64,000 bases of DNA, from assembly GCF_009914755.1 (NCBI RefSeq), contig NC_060927.1; one strand, 5' to 3'. The notes beneath the pieces are model-generated. The model was not told where the DNA came from. It ran no database searches and saw only the letters and a program-made list of their open reading frames with translations. A program made the translations under genes and the position numbers. Each line of letters begins with the position of its first letter. Within the stretch, counting starts at the first letter, position 1. The DNA comes from the human T2T-CHM13v2.0 reference genome, Homo sapiens. Positions 57,270 to 64,000 of this stretch are shown one piece after another.

Positions 57270-58118
57270 TAACTTTCTTCCCCTCAGTCTTCCCTATGTA
57301 AGTCAATACTGAGCTGATCAAGAGAAATGCTGGAATTCATTCTTCTTTCCTCCCTTTCTTTACCACTATTCCATCTTTCCCATTTACATCTAATCAACCA
57401 CCAAGTCTTGTTGACTTTATCTTCAAGAATGTATCTTAAATATGTAACTTTTTCTCATCAGCATTGCCAACACCCTGGCCTAAGCCACCGTCATCTCTCA
57501 CCTTCATCACTACCATAGCCTCCTACACTGAGTTCCCTGCCTGCTCTAATCTAATCTCCACAAAGCACCCAGTGTGAACTTATTAAAACTTAAACTGCGT
57601 TAATATTACCTACTTATTTCAGTAGCATCAAATTTCCCTTTATGTAAAATCCAAATTCCTTGCCATATCCTAACTCCAAAGTCCTATGTGATCTGGTCAT
57701 TTTCTCTTCATATTGCCTCAGCCACACCAGCCTATAAGTTCATCAAACACATAAAGCTCTTATTTATTTATTTATTTATTTATTGCCTTAGAGGTTTGCG
57801 TATCACAGTCCTTGTGTTTGGAGTGTTTTCCTTCTTCTTCATCTGGCAGCCTCTCCCTCATGATTTGAGTATTAAGTGGCAGCTCCTTATAGAAGTTCTT
57901 CACAACTACCATTATTCTCTCAAACTGCATGCTAGTGTTTTTCCTTTATCTTGTTTATCATAATTTATCACTCCTTAATTAATAATTTTACTTGTTTATA
58001 TTGTTTGTCTTTCCATTAAAACCACAGGAGGGCAAGGACCATACCTAGTTTCTGTCAATGCGCAGGGCCTGCCAAAGGGTTGATACTACATAAACATTTC
58101 TTGAACAAATGAATCAGA
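57270..58118 (+). mobile_element. L2 LINE 3' portion
   Basis: caccctggcctaagccaccgtcatctctcacct, aaatccaaattccttgcca, gagggcaaggacca, and end taaacatttcttgaacaaatgaat. Confidence 0.75.
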
Positions 58119-58489
58119 GAATCCACCAGATGCTGCAGCCCTCAAGAAACAACAGGAGAGGAAATAAATGGCGGCATATTTCAATGTGGTGGCACATTTC
58201 AACGTTCTTACAAGTGAAGGGTAAGATAGACGGAAAATCTTGGGAACATTCACAAATAGCACTGTGGTCTTTTTTATACTCCACTAGAGCAGAATGCCAG
58301 AGGGCAGGGGTAAGAAAAGATTCTGCTGCACCCAACGAAGCTACACTAAGCAGTTGCCTCCTAACACCAAATATGGGGCATGAGGCTATGCTTGTCAAAC
58401 AAACTTTTTATCTACAGACCTAAGACGATGACATTGGTAATGGGGAACTAAGTAATTTAGAATAGGCTTTCCATCGAAGACAACTAAAA

Positions 58490-60700
58490 AAAAGGTGGAT
58501 AACACATAATACAACATTATGCGGCTATAAGAGGGAGTGAAGAATATCTTAATTTACTCATACAAAGTGATCTTTGGGATGTATTATTGAAAGAACAAAA
58601 TAAAGAGTCAGAAAGGAATATATAGTATTCTACTTTTCATGTAAGAACAGCAGGAAGGGGGTGGTAAATAAGTGTCTGTACTTGTATGTTTTTGTTTGCC
58701 AAAAAAGAAACAACAAAAGGAAAACCTAATGGAACTAATGAAAATGTTTACCTATATGTGGACAGAGGAAGCATAGCAAAGTGGGCAGGGATGAAAATAA
58801 AACCTCTTTGAATATACCTGGTTTTAAAGTTTTGAACTTGGAACAAGGTAAATATATTCATAGAAGAAAACCAAATAAAAAACAAAATAAGGGAATCTCT
58901 AAAAACAGAAAATTAATGAAAACAAATGAATCTAATTGTTTGTGCCATAACCACACAAAGAAAAAAATTATTTCAGGTGACTTTGGGACATAATATTCTG
59001 ACTACCAGTAAAAGATTTTAAAGAAAAACATTCTTTAAAAGAATATTATGTAAGGGAATACAGAACTACAAGGAAATCTTAAACTTTACTCAATAGTGAT
59101 ATTGGCATTACTATACTGTACTTATTTTACAGTGTTTTAATTTATAATTTACATAATGCAAGTAATTATCTTACTGTTGTAAGGAATCAAGATTTTTAGA
59201 TATGAGAAAAGAAATTCAGTATAAAGCTAAAACATTATGTAAAATATGTAAAATTCTGCATTATTAAATATAAAATAGCAATATAAGCATAAAATTTTAT
59301 TTATAAAATGTATATTCTTAGTTCTTTTCCATGAAAAAGCATAAAAGAAAATAACTCAACAGAAATTAGTGCACCTGGTTTGTGGTCTCCAAATACTATT
59401 CCAGTCTGTAAAAACCAGAATTACTTAGAGGAGCGGCTGATTCCAGCTCTCAGGCAAAAAATATACAAAATACACAAGGAAGGTTCCAAAGACCAATAGA
59501 GTTATGTGAAAGTACACAGAGGTTTTTCTGGCCAAAGATGAGAATATTTGGGCATAAAAAAGATAATGAAAGCAATTATTGGCAACAGAATAAATATGTA
59601 AAAGCCTATGTGTTTATAATAAAATTATAAAAGGAGAGAAATTATTGGACACCACTGTAACAAGAAGAGCAACACTCTTTAAAAATATGTGATTAATATG
59701 AAAAAATTAAGCATATATTAAGTTTCTCCAGCATGAACTATATTTTGGGAAACCAAATAAACCTAGGTAATAAGATCAATTTCTGCTTTACAAAGTTCCA
59801 GGCAATAAATATAGGAAAAGTGAAATGATTAGAAAATCACAATTTTGCAACCCCAATGAAATAATAGATTATGATCTAAGACAATCATGAATGGAGGAAG
59901 CCACAAGATGAAAGGTTGATGGGAAATTATACCAAGGATGCATCAGATTGTCATCACTTGAACCCAATTATTCATCAATCTCAGCATCAGTAAGAGTGTA
60001 TCTTCTTGCTGTAATTCAACCCAAAGTACACAGCATCACCACAGTACATATCCCTGTAAAAATAATAAAATCCAAATCTAATCGAGTCTTTGTGGCTAAC
60101 TTCCACTATAGGAAATATGGCAGGTGAAGGATCTAGTTAAATGACAAAGAAGCCAACTGAAAAACTGAATGTGTGATATTCTGTGAGACAATTGACTCGG
60201 GTTCTTCAATAAATCAATGGGATGAAAAATAAAATTATTTTAAAAAAAGAAGAAAGAGGAAGCTACTCTACATTAAATGACATTTAAAGGATGTAACAAC
60301 CAAATACAGTATGTGGGCTTTGTTTGGCTTCTGACTCAAACAAACCAAGACAATTAGAAAAAGTTTAGTATTAGATAGTATCAAAATACCATTAATCCTT
60401 TTCTTAGTTGTATTGATGACAACATAGGCCATAATTATTGAAGAAAACTTCCATGTTATTTTAGAGATAGATTTTGAAATTCTAGGGGTAAAATAACCTG
60501 ATATCTGGCACTTATTTTAAAAATAGTTGAGAAGGAAGAAGAGAAAGAAAAAGAGACAGGAGGAAGACAGGTAGAGAGAGGAGGGAAGGCAGAGAAAGAG
60601 ATGTAAAGTATAAGAAAACCTTAATAATAGTTAAAATCTGGGTAATGGATACATGAGAGCTCATTGCAACATTCTATTTTGTATATTTAAAATTTTTCAG
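58490..60700 (+). mobile_element. Very old L1M (L1ME/MD-like) 3' region
   Basis: A-rich degenerate L1 3' sequence, e.g. caaccaaatacagtatgtgggctttgtttgg and atctggggtaatggatacatgagagctcatt. Boundaries are rough. Confidence 0.55.
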
Positions 60701-63509
60701 AGAAATAAGAATGTTGAATTTATAGCTTGGTGAAGTAAACAGAGTCTTGGTTAGTTGGCTAGTTAGGTGAGACAAATACTTTATTCCTCATTATAATGAT
60801 ATGTGTTCTTTGTATTTGCCAGTTATTTAATATAAAGACATTAGGACTATAATGCTTTAAAGGGGGGCATGAAATAACTATCAAGAAAGGGAGCAATTAC
60901 TTTGCTGAGATCTAGGAGAGGAGGGGAACCCAGAAAGTAGAACTCAGCATTCAAGGTAGTACATCCCTCATAAGAATGTCATGAGGACTGAGAGGTTAGT
61001 GATTGTCAAGTGCTTGCAGCAATGACTGGAATGTGCGTGCTAGTTAAATAACTAAAATGATTTTTAATATGTAATCGGTTTCCCTACTACATTATCCATA
61101 TTTCAGTTTTGCTTTATTTTCAATTTCTTTTTAATTAATATATCATCATACAATGTACAAAGATTTCTGGATATTGGCATCGTACTTTTTTGGTTTTGTT
61201 TTAGGGAATCATGGGATGTATATAGAGTTTCTATTCTAAAAGCACTAGTCTTTCTTGGGCTGGGCAGATTTTTCTCATCCTGTTTATAGCTACCCCCTTG
61301 TATTTTTTCTGGAGTTGATTGTCAATACGGGGCATCTTTGCAATGACCATGTTATCTGATGGTCATCTCAACACCATATAATGATGTCCATAATCAACAT
61401 CACTTTGTGTAGATTAAAAATAATAGCTGTTAAGCAACATTTCATCAGGGTCACATGATAACCAATAATTAAAACAATTTTTTCAATTTGGTTGGCTGTT
61501 TTAATATTTGCGTACATTACCTATGGTAAATGGATGCAATAGAGATGCTAGAACAAAATTCTAGCATTATCTTTGAAGTTCTTTGTTTGAATATTCACTA
61601 TGTCCTCTAATAGTAAGAATGGCCCAAGATCTGCCCAGCCATGTTCCCATGTGGATATGGGTACCAAATCTGAAGGGAAAACATCTATTTTCAAAAAGGG
61701 CTGGTCAGCGCAAGGAAAAGTGTCCTTGAGGCATTTGTGAACTTATACAGGCCACCAAGTTTGCTCCATTCATTCATCTCAAGGAGCATCAGCGTATAGA
61801 GGCACGAAGGTGGTATATGGGTGAGAAGGTGGTACGGAGGTCACAATTTTGTTTCTTGCTCTTGTCTTCACCTGCTCCAATCTGTGGCCTGAAGCTACAC
61901 TGCAATTCTGATAGGTCACTATTAACAATGCCAAGTAGCAATCTGTCAGGAAGAATTATAAATGAGCCAAAGAGCAGGTGGTTAATGCAAAAGGAATCTC
62001 AGACAAATAGGAGACATAAGTCTTTCCTCCATACTTCCTTTCCTCTGTTTATTGTCCTGATATCAGATTAGCTGCTGGAGTTTAAAAGCCTATTATTCTC
62101 AAGATGTCTTTCAGACAATTTAACTCAATAGTTATAGGGCAAAAAATAATTCTCTCTCGGAGGTGGAAGGGAAGGGGAAACAGAGCACACACAACTTCTT
62201 TCAGATAATTTTTTTCTTTAGAAGAAAATTAAAGTAACATAGGGGACTTCCAAGAACCAAGGGGCCCACAAATTACTGTTAGATTCGTGCTAGAAATCCA
62301 GGCCAGATACTACAGGGCAAGATGATTATGGTTCCCAGTACTGTCCAAAGACAGTAATCTGTGAGTACCATGTCTTAGGTGCTATGTAACTATCCATCTT
62401 GAATGGAGTGCCTGTGCTGGACAGCATGGACAAGTTAACCACTCTAGGACTCTGCTTCTACACAAACATGATAAGGAGGTTGGATTAGTTGCTCATTTGG
62501 ATCTTTGGAAACTGCTATTCTAGTATGATGGCTTCATGTGCTAGGGCAAGTGGCCTGCTTCTGAAACTCAAAAATATTTGTTTTAGCAGGATAAGAAAAA
62601 TGTGGATTATTTTCATCTTACTATTTAATAGTAGCAGAATGTCTGTGTGGTTCCATCTCTGCCTCAATAGTAAATGACAAATACTAATATAATCAAGTTG
62701 ATTTGGGGTTCTCAATAAGCTCTCACAAGCTGGAACTGCCAACGAGATGCTTTAAAAATATTCCCTTTTGTATAGTGAAACAACTTTGGAAATTGTAACT
62801 TAAGAATATGAGTATTTATTTATAGCCCACCTTTTGGCTGAGATTTGACATGACGTTTTTCTTTCAACAAAACTCTGAAGTGGCACACCATGATTTGTAA
62901 TTTTATTTGGCTATTGTCTGCATATGCAGACAATTGAAATGCAGAAAGTTGAAAAATTATTCAAATTCTACCAAGTGTATTTACAGTTACTTTTCTGTGA
63001 CTCAGATTCCCTCCTTCAAAACATTTTAAAGTCTCCATATAGAATCAAGATTGGACTTTTCAGAGAAGGGAAAAAGTAAATGAAAGAGACCAAGTTTTTG
63101 TCTTTTCTCAGAGGATGATGAAGTAGATTTTAGAGTCTTAAACTACATTGAAGGGCTGGGTTGGCAATAAATCTCTACTTGCAACTTGAACTACTGAGTC
63201 TCCATAGATGTTTCAGACCTGTGTCTGACTGGCTCATAAGAATTAGGAATACTCTTCATAAGCATCTTAGAGTGGATCAGAATCAGATCATTACCCGAAA
63301 GGGAAAGGTAGTTTACTCCTGAGTCCTTACCTCATTACAATTTTTTCTTATCAACTGACCCAAATTTAGACTTTGCAGATAGAAATGACATGTATCCGAC
63401 AGCATATTAGCCTAAATGATTCAATATAAAGGTCAAACCTCACATAAAAGAAGAGTCCAATAAAGAAGTTTACAACATTCCCCAGAATTGCTCTTCTCAT
63501 TTAATTTAA

Positions 63510-63815
<306 letters not shown>

Positions 63816-64000
63816 AGATTTGCCCATCTTAAAATATTATTCTCAGCACTCTCTACTCTCTTGCTTCCCTCACATTCTTCCTCAGGCTCCTTCATTTTTT
63901 CTTTCTGCCTCCAGCAGCATCCTCTCTCATCCCTGCTTACATATCCACCTATAGAGTCCTTCCTCCCATCAAGCATGGCCTGCTTCCAGGTCCCATCTCT

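Noticed and set aside
58123-58136. CCACCAGATGCTGC as a CTCF site
   Set aside because: It has mismatches in the high-information GGC core.

Overview
Primate (almost certainly human) genomic DNA: AT-rich, Alu/L1/L2/MIR/LTR-dense and mostly intronic. I recognise it from reconstructed protein sequence as the IQCJ / IQCJ-SCHIP1 / SCHIP1 locus on the + strand. It holds IQCJ coding exons 2-5 (14181-14245, 21077-21157, 30896-31031, 33563-33751; exon 1 lies upstream of the window), an intron-readthrough short C-terminus (31032-31079), the first coding exon of SCHIP1 (ATG 42176, MERSGQRVTTWDCDQGKHSDS, donor after 42238) and the MIR3919 hairpin (51001-51089). Apart from the entry covering exon 4 and its readthrough (30834-31079), the supplied ORFs are repeat-derived or chance. 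The most notable signals are: a consensus RE1/NRSE (REST) site built around the SCHIP1 start codon; an overlapping upstream ORF starting with a myristoylation-like MGKSNS; a spacer-less perfect 58-bp palindrome at 19788-19845; several other template-switch-like inverted or patchwork repeats, including the miRNA hairpin; an inverted-Alu-flanked 282-nt exon 2-4 block that would form a stop-free circle; and three CTCF-like motifs. I found no prokaryote-type system or CRISPR array. Gene and repeat names come from recall of known sequences, not database searches, and repeat subfamily calls and boundaries are approximate.
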